Made by a program: the position numbers and the translations under genes. From an uncultured Pseudomonadota bacterium (lineage in GTDB: Bacteria > Oederibacteriota > Muellerivitia > Muellerivitales > Muellerivitaceae), in contig CAVYRH010000003.1 of assembly GCA_963770835.1 (NCBI GenBank), positions 1-64,000 on the forward strand: a DNA stretch of 64,000 nt, written 5' to 3'. Under the pieces are notes generated by a model. It was not told the origin of the DNA and made no database searches. It saw nothing but the letters and a program-made list of their open reading frames with translations. Of the stretch, positions 20,949 through 31,437 are shown one piece after another; the stretch's first letter is position 1, and each line of letters opens with the position of its first letter.

Positions 20949-21629
20949 TTGGATATCAGTGTCGTCATTCCCTGCCTAAATGAGGAACAGACCGTAGGTG
21001 GCTGTGTCCACACGGCCAAGAATGCCATAGCCAGGATGCGGATCATCGGTGAGGTTTTGGTTGTGGATAACGGGTCGAGTGACCGGTCCATTCCGGAAGC
21101 TAGAAAAGCCGGTGGGCGGATAATCACCTGCACGGTCAAGGGGTACGGCGCGGCTCTTCGCAAAGGAATCAACCAAGCTAAAGGGCGCTGGATCGTCATC
21201 GGTGACGCCGACAACACCTATGATTTCAACGAGATTCCCAAATTGACCGCCCTGTTAGAAGAAGGGGCGGACTTTGTTATGGGAAGCCGCATTACGGGAA
21301 AAATCCATGAACAGGCTATGCCCTGGTTACATCGGTGGGTGGGCACTCCGTTTCTCACAACTTTGGTCAATTTTTTCTTCAAGTGCGATATCACGGATGT
21401 GAATTGCGGGTTTCGAGCCTTTACCCGGGATGCCGTTAGGCTTATGAATTTACAAAGTAACGGTATGGAATTTGCCACCGAGATGGTGATCAAGGCCGCG
21501 AACCTGAGGATGCGAATCAAGGAAACACCCATCCATTACCATCCACCTATAAAAGGCCGGGTATCCAAACTGAAGACCTTGCGAGACGGTTGGCGCCATT
21601 TCAGGTATGTGATGGCATCGGCTCGATAA
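20949..21629 (+). CDS. GT2 glycosyltransferase
   Basis: VIPCLNEE, DNGSSD, GYGAAL, GDADNTY, LRDGWRH. Confidence 0.9.
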   Translation: MDISVVIPCLNEEQTVGGCVHTAKNAIARMRIIGEVLVVDNGSSDRSIPEARKAGGRIITCTVKGYGAALRKGINQAKGRWIVIGDADNTYDFNEIPKLTALLEEGADFVMGSRITGKIHEQAMPWLHRWVGTPFLTTLVNFFFKCDITDVNCGFRAFTRDAVRLMNLQSNGMEFATEMVIKAANLRMRIKETPIHYHPPIKGRVSKLKTLRDGWRHFRYVMASAR

Positions 21630-21648
21630 GATGCTTTTAATAATTAAT

Positions 21649-23103
21649 TCACGATTTCTTTTCTAATGTTTTTTCATCGTATGGTTGAATTACATGATCC
21701 CAATCCTGGAATTTTGAGTTGTAAAGATATAACGACCTCCCGGGAAAGCGGGTAATGATTTCACGGTTTTTGTACACCCCGAGGTTTCTGACCAACAACA
21801 CTGGCCCGTTAAAATCCAACCCATTGCGGATGAAGTATTTTGGATATTGGGGGTCCTCGATGAAAACGATGGCATTTGACAGCCGATGAAAAGTTTCAAA
21901 TATCCTGACTTGGTTTTGAATTGTCTCGCGATAGATGGCGGTTTCGTTGACGAATTTGGAAATATTTAATAATAAAAAAACGGCTATCCCCAAGGGAATC
22001 CAGCGCTTAGTAATGAGCAGGCCCAATGCCGCAGGAATAAGAATCAACGAGAAAGATTCATACAGATACCTGGGCCCACATTGGGTAATCCCGCTTCCTG
22101 AATAGAAAAAGTAACCAGCGAGAAGACATAGAAACGGAACGCACAAGAGAAGCCCTTTCTTGTAATCCGAACCGAGCGTCCTCCCTTTCGACCAAAACAA
22201 TAGGAGGGATAGGGGCATCCATCCAGTCCATGTTGTCCAGTCCGCAACTCTTTCAAAGATATTCTGTTTTAGGCGGCCCCAATATTCATCCCCTGTATGG
22301 GTAAAAAAACCCAAACGTTCCCACGGAGCATAGACCTCAAAGGGTTGCACAAGTGGATGACCGGTTTGGGCGTAGTTATAAAACAGGTATAAAACAAAAA
22401 AAAACGAGGCAACTGGAACGGCGCCAATTGAGAAATTCTTGATCCAGAACCGGTCCCCTCGACGAATAGCCGAACCGACCGAGAAAAGAACCAGCGGCGC
22501 AAGAACCAATACCGCCGTAAAGGGCCGAATCAGGAACGAAAAACCTGAAGTCATACCCAAACCAAGGGCGGATTCCAAACTGAATTCCGCCACTAGAAGG
22601 AAATAGGCAGCTAAAGTCAAGAAAAGCAACCCGCTCGCATGAGACATGAGGCAAGCCGAATTGAAAATGAAATAGGGGCAAAAGAGGGTCATCGCCACTG
22701 TGATATTTGCCATTTGTGGCGAAAAGAGCGCCCGTGCCATCGCGAACAAAAGGATAAGGGTGAAGAGACCAAAAAACGGATTCACCCACCATTCCGCGCC
22801 CAAGTATTTTCCCAATGCGAGTAAGAGGGGCCAACCCGGCGGATATTTCCCGTAATAGGTTCCGTTGTTGACGATATTCGCCGAATCGAAAAATTCGCGC
22901 GGCTCGGGAGAAGGGATGTGAAGTCTTCCAGTTGAAAAGAGTTCCGCCGAAACCTGGTAAGAATATTCATCCGGGGAGGACGGAAAGTTTTGAAAGGTGA
23001 CATGGGTGGTATAGAGAATAAGACTGCCGTTAACCAGAATTGCCGCGTAAAGCCAGGCATAGGTTTTTGTGTTTAACCATCGACTGAAGAAACCTTCATC
23101 CAT
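21649..23103 (-). CDS. GT-C fold (ArnT/PMT-like) membrane glycosyltransferase
   Basis: PDEYSY acidic motif after TM1, KYPPGWP, many TM segments, GPRYLYE. Confidence 0.7.
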   Translation of the reverse strand: MDEGFFSRWLNTKTYAWLYAAILVNGSLILYTTHVTFQNFPSSPDEYSYQVSAELFSTGRLHIPSPEPREFFDSANIVNNGTYYGKYPPGWPLLLALGKYLGAEWWVNPFFGLFTLILLFAMARALFSPQMANITVAMTLFCPYFIFNSACLMSHASGLLFLTLAAYFLLVAEFSLESALGLGMTSGFSFLIRPFTAVLVLAPLVLFSVGSAIRRGDRFWIKNFSIGAVPVASFFFVLYLFYNYAQTGHPLVQPFEVYAPWERLGFFTHTGDEYWGRLKQNIFERVADWTTWTGWMPLSLLLFWSKGRTLGSDYKKGLLLCVPFLCLLAGYFFYSGSGITQCGPRYLYESFSLILIPAALGLLITKRWIPLGIAVFLLLNISKFVNETAIYRETIQNQVRIFETFHRLSNAIVFIEDPQYPKYFIRNGLDFNGPVLLVRNLGVYKNREIITRFPGRSLYLYNSKFQDWDHVIQPYDEKTLEKKS

Positions 23104-23288
23104 TTATCGACCCCGAATAACTAATAAGATTTTTTTCTTCCAGACACCTAAAAAACACATCATTTTCCGGACGTTTTAGGCCTATTCCATTTATCAGGTT
23201 GGTTGTATCATTTGTCCTTGGAATGATTCGTTTTCTCCTTGGAAAACGAAGAAATCGTATCAGCCATTTTAAACGAAAAGGTCGGCAT

Positions 23289-24149
23289 ATGAAAAAACTG
23301 ATGAGATTTATCGTTTTGGTTTGTTTAATGGTGATTGTAGTCGGGGTTTTGACTTTGTGTTCGGTGCTATCCCTAAGTTGCGGCAATAAAACCCCGGCGG
23401 TGCCGCAAAACCTAAATTCATCTCAATCCAAAGTTAGCGCAAAGGATACAACCTGTACTGACTTTTGCGGGAATCCATTTCCTTGTAATTGTTATCAAAT
23501 TTTTGATTCATCGGCTCCTAACCCCATTTGTACCATTGTTTGCCCCACACAGACACCTTGTGTGACTTGAGCGGCAATCCCGCCGGTGCACTATAAACAA
23601 AATGATCCCAGTTGGGCGGCTGAAGCCTTGGGTTTTGCCGATCTGAGTGTCCATCCCAAATGGACGATCGGAAAGAAGGGTTGCTTATTGACTTGCTGGG
23701 CGATGATCTATGGTGATACTCCTGCATACATGAATACCATATTTAAAGACGGAGACCCGGTTTTTGGCACTCCGCCGGCGTTCGACCAGCAAACCCACAG
23801 CTGTGACCTGAACCAGGTCATCGCCGGTGAGATTACCAGTATGGGTGTTGTTTGGGAGGGATTTTACGACAGCAACATTGAGGATATCCTTTGCCGTTTG
23901 TCCCATCCGGATACACCCCAATGGTGTATTTGCCATTGCAAACATAGGCACATCACAGCAGGCCAATTCGGGAACCACTTTACCCTGATTGTCCAACAAC
24001 AAAACGATCCTAATACCCAAAGATGCAGATGGGTTACGATGGATCCTGCGGAGAATAACCCACAATTCATCGATGATACGACAGTTTATGCATCTGTATT
24101 TCAAAACGACGGTCTCGAAGATATTTCACAATTAATCGATTCTCATTAA
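23289..24149 (+). pseudogene. Putative lipoprotein with peptidase C39-like domain, split by an in-frame TGA at 23568-23570
   Basis: Lipobox-like LSLSC; both ORFs share a frame (PCVT*AAIPPVHYKQNDPSW); motifs TIGKKGCLLTCWAM, HFTLI, MDP. Confidence 0.6.
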
Positions 24150-24170
24150 TTTATTACCCGGAGGAATAAA

Positions 24171-25019
24171 ATGAACCAATTATCAAAAATGACTGTGGGA
24201 GCCTTTTTGCTTTTCTTTCCGCTTTTCGCCATGGCGCAAAACACGGGTTTTACATTCAACCCACAAACCGATACGATCCTTACCATCGACTTGCACACTC
24301 CCCCGGCCCTTCTTTGGGTTGTTGATTCGAACGGCCTGATGACAGGGGCCAATCCAAACCTCCCCGTGGATGCCTATGGTATGCAGGAGTCAACTTATCC
24401 CAACGGACCCTTGACCCAGATCCCAAACTCTAATTCCATGCAAACTAACCTTGAAGACGACGATAACAACGATAATTCTATCTCGACATTTTGGGAAAAT
24501 GACTTTGTCGTCAATTCACCCCAAATCTATACGGTCAACTTACTGGGAATCACCACGGGGATCGCGCATTTCCGGGTCACCGGCTTCATCCCGCATCACC
24601 GCACGAATTTCGAAAACGTCAATATCCTTCTTCAGGCCGGGGCGACGCGCCAGATTACGGTCAACTTCAATACTCAACGAGATTCCCTGTCGGTTGACGA
24701 AGTGGTGGCACCCGGAGACTTGTTGAACGATGTGAAGATGGTTTGTTCCCTTGGATACGCCGACATCAGAAACTGCCGGCATCTTGAGGAATTGGCCGAG
24801 GCCATCACGGATGCCATCAATGACCACCACTGTGATAAGGAAAGATTGCTGATCCTTCAGTTCATCGATTCCTTGGATGGGTGTCGCGGCGATATTGATT
24901 TTCGCAGGCTTCCAGTAATAGAAGACGAATCCGCCCAGGAGATGGCTTTAAGAAACCTTATGGATGAAGCAAAGGCCCTTCTCGTAAGTCTGTCCGATTG
25001 TGGACAACAAAATAAATGA
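24171..25019 (+). CDS. Secreted hypothetical protein
   Basis: GGAGG RBS, signal peptide ending AMA, 282-aa ORF. Confidence 0.7.
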   Translation: MNQLSKMTVGAFLLFFPLFAMAQNTGFTFNPQTDTILTIDLHTPPALLWVVDSNGLMTGANPNLPVDAYGMQESTYPNGPLTQIPNSNSMQTNLEDDDNNDNSISTFWENDFVVNSPQIYTVNLLGITTGIAHFRVTGFIPHHRTNFENVNILLQAGATRQITVNFNTQRDSLSVDEVVAPGDLLNDVKMVCSLGYADIRNCRHLEELAEAITDAINDHHCDKERLLILQFIDSLDGCRGDIDFRRLPVIEDESAQEMALRNLMDEAKALLVSLSDCGQQNK

Positions 25020-25197
25020 TTTCTTAATTCCTTTAAAAAACGCCAACCGTTTTAATTAAAATTCAAAAAGCCGACTTGAATAGTGTGATAGGCGATATTC
25101 GCCCCACGGTTTTTCTTCCATTCTTCATGAACCGGCCTTTCGTATGCGTATAGCCCCTTTTGATATCTGAAATCGCCGGTGTTTAAAAGATGGGGGA

Positions 25198-25378
25198 CAT
25201 CCACCGGTTCGAGTTCGATTTCGAGCTTCTTTTCCTCGCCCACAAATACGGCTTTTCCATCAAGGAAGTGTCGGTGCAATGGTTCAATTCGCCCTTTTCT
25301 AAGGCGAGGCTGGGGGATTACCCGCATACCCTGTTTGAGCTTTTCGCCATCCGGTGGAATGATTTGAAGGGTCTTTAT
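25198..25378 (+). pseudogene. Diverged duplicate of the 3' end of the GT2 gene (20621-20801)
   Basis: 181-bp direct repeat encoding FDFELLFLAHKYGFSIKEVSVQWFNSPFSK. Confidence 0.88.
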
Positions 25379-25381
25379 CGA

Positions 25382-26956
25382 TCACACTGATGATTTGTGT
25401 TTGGCTACTTTTTTGTAGGGAATCCAACGGATAATTTCATTGAGACATGGTTCGCCGATCCGCTTATAAATTTGGCTGTTAAAAGCCACTTCTTCCTCAA
25501 TGGGGTCGCTTTTGTAGCCGATAAGAGCGATTTTTTCCGCTTGAGAAACCATATCAGGATATTGGGGAATGAGGTCCCCGTCACGTCCACCGATGATAAT
25601 CTCCTCGTTGCTCAAGGCATTAATACTGTAGTTGGGACCATAGTAGGAGATGCCCCGGTTAAGTCCCTCCTGTTTCATGGACTGAATCACCCACCGCAAT
25701 TCCCGCAAACCGTCCGGTCGTTTTAAAAAAATGTATTGGTGATAAGCGGCCCTGAGGGGAAAAAGAAAACTGATTCCGATTAAAGCCAATTTTAAATACC
25801 GGCTTTTTGCCTTTAGTAAATGAAAAGTGAAAAGGTATCCGGTAAGGAGGGAAAGAGTGATGGCTGAAGTATGAAGATACCTGCGGACGTTAAAAATATT
25901 TTGAACGGATTCCTTGCTGACCACCACCGCCCCGATATTCAGGAAAACAAGGGCCGCGAATAGAAAAAGTCCTGCGTTTTTTTCAGCGAAGGACCGCTTA
26001 AGGATTTGGTACGAAAAGATGAGGACTGCAAAACCTACAGCGGCAAATAAAAGGTCTATGGGCCCGGCACAGTGGACACCCCAATAAGGAATTGCATGAT
26101 AAAAATAAATATCAGTGGGAATCCGGGAAAAGGGATGGGCGTCGAAATAGGCAAAGAGGGCTTTTCGGCACTCTTTTAAATTGCCGAACATTCCCATGGG
26201 GGTCGCCAGATTGGAAAAGTCACGATAGTGGTCGTGCGTTGCCCGGTACAAAATTTCAGGCCAATATCCCAATAAAAATCCAAAAAGAGCCGGAAATCCC
26301 AATGAAGGGCGCAAAAGCCGGCGGATGTCACAGGCCGGGGTGCGGATGATGAACAAGGCCAAAAAAGAAGCGGCGACGGCCGGCAGGCATTGTTTCCCGA
26401 CGAACAGGCCGGTGCCAATCACGAAAGCGAACCAAAAAATGCGCCAAAGCGATGGGCCCTTTTCCAGGATAAAAAAGGCCTGCAGAAGGAGAAGCATGGT
26501 TATGAGAAAACTTCCTGGATAGCCGATATAAGGGACGGTTACATAGATGAGAGTGTAAGGAACGCCAATAGCGGCGATCAAACCCGCAAATATGCCGTGG
26601 AATTTTGAGGTGGAACGGATAAAAAGATAAACACCCAAAGCCACCGCGGTTGACCACAAGAACAGGCTTTGGGCGGCGGCCAAGGGTATGGAAGGGCCAA
26701 AAAGCTTAAAAAGCAGCGCCGTAAAATAAGATTCGGTCGCCCCCTGGTGGGTTTCCCCGTAAAAATAAAAAGGCCGGTCACCATGAAGGATGTGGCAGGG
26801 CATGAGATAACAAATCCCAGGATCGGATCCGAAAAAAAGATCGTACCGGAAAACAAAAGGGAGGCGTAAAAGGAAGGTTAGCCCGCCAAAAAGACAGGCT
26901 ATCATTTTCGGCGAATAGGGGCAGTCATCAAGGAAATTTTTAATTCTTTCTATCAT
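25382..26956 (-). CDS. Polytopic membrane protein, probable GT-C glycosyltransferase
   Basis: GSDPG and PFYFYGETHQG after TM1, more than 10 hydrophobic segments, RRYL. Confidence 0.65.
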   Translation of the reverse strand: MIERIKNFLDDCPYSPKMIACLFGGLTFLLRLPFVFRYDLFFGSDPGICYLMPCHILHGDRPFYFYGETHQGATESYFTALLFKLFGPSIPLAAAQSLFLWSTAVALGVYLFIRSTSKFHGIFAGLIAAIGVPYTLIYVTVPYIGYPGSFLITMLLLLQAFFILEKGPSLWRIFWFAFVIGTGLFVGKQCLPAVAASFLALFIIRTPACDIRRLLRPSLGFPALFGFLLGYWPEILYRATHDHYRDFSNLATPMGMFGNLKECRKALFAYFDAHPFSRIPTDIYFYHAIPYWGVHCAGPIDLLFAAVGFAVLIFSYQILKRSFAEKNAGLFLFAALVFLNIGAVVVSKESVQNIFNVRRYLHTSAITLSLLTGYLFTFHLLKAKSRYLKLALIGISFLFPLRAAYHQYIFLKRPDGLRELRWVIQSMKQEGLNRGISYYGPNYSINALSNEEIIIGGRDGDLIPQYPDMVSQAEKIALIGYKSDPIEEEVAFNSQIYKRIGEPCLNEIIRWIPYKKVAKHKSSV

Positions 26957-27101
26957 GAAAATCCTAGTCCGTTCGGGATTGATGCCGCGGGAGTCCAGAA
27001 AAACGCGATGTTTTTGAAAAAGGTTGGGATAGGCTAACTCAATATGGTTTTTCTGTCACGAAAAAGAGAATCGGTGTTAAAGTTTCAGCGCGGAATAAAT
27101 A

Positions 27102-28562
27102 ATGCCAGGGGATTTAATGAATCAGCCTGAGGGCCGTTCGCGGCGGGTAACCCACAATACTTTGTTCTTATACGGAGCCGAGGCGTCCGCCCGGCTGTTT
27201 TCTTGGATCCTGCTGGCTTATTTAACCCGCCATTGGACGGATGTCGGTACTTACGGTCAATATGCCCTTGCGATCAATTGGGTCTCCATCGTGGCTATTT
27301 TCAGTGACCTGGGATTGAACGTGTTGGTCGTCCGGGAAGTGGCCCACCGGCGGGAACAAGCTCTCTTTTACCTACGCTATGCCATCGCAATCCGCGTTGT
27401 TTTCTCCCTGGTTTTTTGGGCAGGGTTAATCGGCATCTCCTTCGCGCTTGGGTACGAGCCAATTCTGAAGATCGGAATGGCGGTTATGGGGCTTCGAATC
27501 CTTTTGGACTCCATCGCCGGAGGATATGTTTATCTTTTCCAGTCCCACGAAATAATGGGTTTTTATTCCTTGAGCAATGTTTTGTCCGCCGCGGTCCGGT
27601 TGCTGGGAATAGTGGTTGTGGTTGAAATGGGCGGGGGGGTTGTGGAAGCTTGCGCCATTTGGACCGTGGCTAGCGCGGTTACGCTTTTGGTTCTTATATG
27701 GAAGGGCCATCAATTGGGATGGAAACCCCAGTTTTCCCAGTTGCGCTTGGATGAGGCACTTTCCATATTGCGCCAGTCCATTCCACTGGCGACCTTTGGC
27801 TCCTTGCAAATGCTTTATTACAGGGTGGACTCGGTCATTTTGAAGAGCCTCTCGGGAAATGAGGCTGTTGGATATTATGATTTAGCCGCAAAGGTTATCT
27901 TTGTCGTCCTGGCTTTTTCCCAAATTTTTGGAACGGCCATTTTCCCGGTTTTTTCATCGGTCCGGGATGATGCGCGGGCTTTTGGCCGAATGTCCGAGAA
28001 GGCGATTAAATTCCTCCTCTTTTTGGGGGTTCCCGCAACCGTTGGGGGGATTTATTTAGCCAAACCCATCATTCTTTTAATTTCCGGACAAAAATATTTT
28101 CTATCCGTGCCGATGTTCGCCGTGCTTATGCTTTCGGTTAGTTCCTATTTTCTGAGCCACGTCTATGTGATTACATTGGCCATTTACAACGTTATTCGGC
28201 TCAACCTTCAATTCGCCCTTCTTTTTGTATTGAATGTGGCGTTGAATTTTATCCTTATCCCGCGAATGGGCGGGGTGGGGGCATCTTGGGCGACCGTCCT
28301 GTGCGAAATTTTCGGCTTAATATTGGGTTTTAGCTTGTCGGCCCCCTACCTAAAAGGCCTCCGCTGGCCATCCCTGGTGCGGCCTCTCCTGGCTTGCTTA
28401 ACCGCTTCAGCGATTATGGGCTTAGGAATATGGTGGGACAGCCGGCTCTACTGGTTGGCATTGGGACCCGTGGTGTATGGGCTCGGGCTTTGGGTCTTCC
28501 GCGCATTGGACCAGGATGATTGGAACAGCTTGAGGTCCATTGTCCGGCTGAAAAAGGCCTGA
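27102..28562 (+). CDS. Polysaccharide flippase (Wzx family)
   Basis: FSDLGL, LYYRVDSVIL, AVGYY, LIPRMGGVGASWAT; many TM segments. Confidence 0.9.
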   Translation: MPGDLMNQPEGRSRRVTHNTLFLYGAEASARLFSWILLAYLTRHWTDVGTYGQYALAINWVSIVAIFSDLGLNVLVVREVAHRREQALFYLRYAIAIRVVFSLVFWAGLIGISFALGYEPILKIGMAVMGLRILLDSIAGGYVYLFQSHEIMGFYSLSNVLSAAVRLLGIVVVVEMGGGVVEACAIWTVASAVTLLVLIWKGHQLGWKPQFSQLRLDEALSILRQSIPLATFGSLQMLYYRVDSVILKSLSGNEAVGYYDLAAKVIFVVLAFSQIFGTAIFPVFSSVRDDARAFGRMSEKAIKFLLFLGVPATVGGIYLAKPIILLISGQKYFLSVPMFAVLMLSVSSYFLSHVYVITLAIYNVIRLNLQFALLFVLNVALNFILIPRMGGVGASWATVLCEIFGLILGFSLSAPYLKGLRWPSLVRPLLACLTASAIMGLGIWWDSRLYWLALGPVVYGLGLWVFRALDQDDWNSLRSIVRLKKA

Positions 28563-28604
28563 CCCGATTATTGTTCGTGTTGTTTTTGATTTGGGTTTGC
28601 GGAT

Positions 28605-28683
28605 GTAGGGGCGATCCTCCGTGATCGCCCGGCCTTTGTTTTAATGTTTTTTACTTTGGGCAGCCACGGAGGGCTGCCCCTAC
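28605..28683. repeat. GTAG-family REP doublet (REPIN-like)
   Basis: GTAGGGGCGATCCTCCGTGATCGCCC followed by inverted partner GGGCAGCCACGGAGGGCTGCCCCTAC. Confidence 0.75.
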
Positions 28684-28722
28684 AAAAGCAATTTTTAACA
28701 TTCGTAAAAGTCGAGGCCTGAC

Positions 28723-29886
28723 TTGAAAACCCCGCTTCCTTCCTTCTTCGCCGTGAAACCGCCCGGCCCCTACGCTTTCAAGTCGCCCCTCAAGCGTGCC
28801 CTCGTCCACGGGATGGACGCCCTCGGTTCCTTGCTGATGCAACCCCCCCGGAAGCCCATTGATTGGCTCTTCGTCCAGCGCGTCGCGGTGCTGAGGCTGG
28901 ACCATTTGGGGGACGTGCTTTTGACCCTGCCAGCCTTGAAGGCCCTGCGCGAGGAACTGCCCCGGGCCCAAATCGACTTCATCACCGGGCCCTGGGGACT
29001 GGAAGCCGCCAAAATGGGGGGACAAGCGGACAGGGTTTTGGTATTCGAGGCCCCCTGGTTCGCGCGGCCCGCCCGGGCAGGGGTTTGGGGCGCCACGGAA
29101 GCCCTCTCCCGCCTTTTGAGGGCGGGCGGCTATGACGCGGTCATCGATTTTCGCGGGGACCTCCGCCACGCCTGGGCCGCCCGAAAGGCGGGCATCCCCC
29201 TCCGCATCGGACAAGCCCTGACGGGCGGGCGTTTTTTACTGACCCATCCCGCCCGGTATTACTCCAACCTCCATGAGATAGAACAAAACATCAGCCTTCT
29301 CCGGCAGGCCGGCCTCTTTCCGAGGGCCCTGCCCTCTTGGCCGGTCTTCAAGGCGGGGGAAGAAGATACCCGCACCGTGGAAAAGGTGAAAAGGGAACTG
29401 GGATTGGGCGAAAATTTCATCGTTCTCCATCCGCTTCCGGCGACCCCCGCCAAGCGGTGGATGGCGGAAAAGTGGGGCCAATTGATCGACGGCTTGCCCG
29501 GGGATTTTGACGTTGTCATGATCGGCGTCCAGACCGACGCGGCTTATTTAGAAGAGATCCAGAAGGGCTGCCGCCGGAAAGTTATTTCGGCGGCGGGGCT
29601 TTTCACCCTGCCCCAATTGGCGGCGTTCTTGGGGCAATGCCGCTTGTTCATCGGGGTGGATTCAGGCCCGGCCCATATCGCGGCGGCGGTGGGTGTGCCG
29701 GTGATTTCCCTTTTCTCGGGCACCAACCGCGTCTGTCAGTGGGCCCCCTGGGGCTCCCAGGTGACGGTCCTCCAGAAAGAGACGGAATGTTCGCCCTGCG
29801 AGCTTCAGGAATGCCCGTTTGGGAATGAGTGCATGAGAAGGATTGAGGTGGGTGAGGTTTTAAGTCTTGTGAAACCGTTTCTTTAA
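28723..29886 (+). CDS. GT9 ADP-heptose:LPS heptosyltransferase family
   Basis: RLDHLGDVLL, AKRW, FIGVDSGPAHIAAAVGVP, CSPC. Confidence 0.9.
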   Translation: MKTPLPSFFAVKPPGPYAFKSPLKRALVHGMDALGSLLMQPPRKPIDWLFVQRVAVLRLDHLGDVLLTLPALKALREELPRAQIDFITGPWGLEAAKMGGQADRVLVFEAPWFARPARAGVWGATEALSRLLRAGGYDAVIDFRGDLRHAWAARKAGIPLRIGQALTGGRFLLTHPARYYSNLHEIEQNISLLRQAGLFPRALPSWPVFKAGEEDTRTVEKVKRELGLGENFIVLHPLPATPAKRWMAEKWGQLIDGLPGDFDVVMIGVQTDAAYLEEIQKGCRRKVISAAGLFTLPQLAAFLGQCRLFIGVDSGPAHIAAAVGVPVISLFSGTNRVCQWAPWGSQVTVLQKETECSPCELQECPFGNECMRRIEVGEVLSLVKPFL

Positions 29887-30037
29887 CGAGAAAAAGCAAT
29901 ATTAAGGTTAAAAATTAAGCTTTAAAAGTTTTTAACAAAAACGTTGACCGACCAAAATTCAGTAATAGAATTAGTGCACTTTCGATTTGGAAGTCTATTA
30001 AAATTTTGTTTGTTTTCAAATTGGGCGTTGAAATACA

Positions 30038-30928
30038 TGAAAAAAAAATTCACACTTTTGCTGCCTTTTATTTTGTTTTCTTTTTCGGCGAGTTCTTGCA
30101 AAAATTCAGCATTAAGTTCCCCTGCCCCCGGCCCCACTTTTGTCCCATTAATTCCTTATAACTTTTCCAAGTTACTGGGTGGCAGTGTGACAGGAAACCG
30201 AACAATTGGCACCTGACCAGCCCCAAGTTGAAAAATTGAAGAAAATTATTCAGTCGGATTATTCGGATGTGCTGGTGAGCTTGGGCGTCCAAAAAGCCAA
30301 GGAACAATTCGACCAAGGGAACAATGAAATGGCCTTGGAGATTTTGGGGCATATCCTTGAAAACCCCCCCCAAAGTAAAGCGGCCCTTGAGTTGCAAAAT
30401 AAAATTAATGAATCGGAAGAAAAGGACAAGAAAGACATCGCCCACGCGGAATTGAACAAAGGACGGGATGAGGAAGAAAAAAACAATTTTCTTGATTCGA
30501 AAAAATGTTATGAGAACGCTTTGAAAGCTGATCCGGAAAATAAAGAAGCTTCCGAGGGGTTGAAGCGTGCTTCGGGCCTGGTCGATCCGGTAAAACAAAA
30601 GGAAAGAGAATTGGAAAAAAACATACAAACTAAACGGAAGGCCAAGGCGGAAGTTTGTTTGGAAGAGATAAAAACGATGTCGCCGGATTACCCGAGGCTG
30701 AAGTATTGGGAAAAAAGAATAGCAGAATTAAAAAACGACAATGAGCAATCTTACGATTCCCAAGCCGAGGCCGATGAAACATATAATTTGGGTCTTGAAA
30801 GCTATCGGAATGGAGATTTGGCCAATGCTGTCAAATTTTGGAAAGAAACCCTCAATTTCAACCCTAATCACGAACAGGCCAAAAGGAATTTGGACCGTCT
30901 TCTCCAAGAACACCCCGAGTTGAAGTAA
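30038..30928 (+). pseudogene. TPR-repeat protein; a lipoprotein-like N terminus lies in another frame (probably disrupted)
   Basis: TPR motifs YENALKADPEN and WKETLNFNPNH in 30206-30928; upstream MKKKFTLLL...SSC leader out of frame. Confidence 0.55.
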
Positions 30929-31030
30929 GCACCTTAAAAATACATTTTGCTCGTTCGCTATTTCTTCGGGAATGAGCCTAGGGACTGATTGTGATGGAGG
31001 CAGTTCTAATAGCCGATTCTGAGTTCCACG

Positions 31031-31403
31031 GGCTTGCCCGAGGGTTTTTGACGTTGTTATGATCGGCGTCCAAAGTGATCGGGCTTATTTGGAAGAGATC
31101 CAAAAAGGCTACCAATGGAAAACCCATTTGGCCGCGGGGCTTTTGAGCCTGCCGCAATTAGCGGCAGGCTTGAAACAATACCGGTTGTTCATCGGGGGGG
31201 ATCCGGGCCCGGCGCATATCGTGGTGGCGGTCGGTGTACCGGTGGTTTCGCTTTTCTCGGGCACTAACCGCGCCAGCCAGTGGGATCCCTGGGGCCTCCC
31301 GGGTGACGGTCCTCCGGGGGAAGACGGGGTGCTCGCCTTGCGAGTGGCAGGAATGCCCTTTTGAAAATGAGTGCATGGGAAAAATCGAAGCGCGGAAAGT
31401 TTT
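31031..31403 (+). pseudogene. Degenerate duplicate of the 3' end of the GT9 gene (29491-29861)
   Basis: Frameshifted copy encoding MIGVQSDRAYLEEIQKG...GPAHI...SLFSGTNR. Confidence 0.88.
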
Positions 31404-31437
31404 GCTGAATTCAGGGGCATTCTGAAGGGACATTCTG

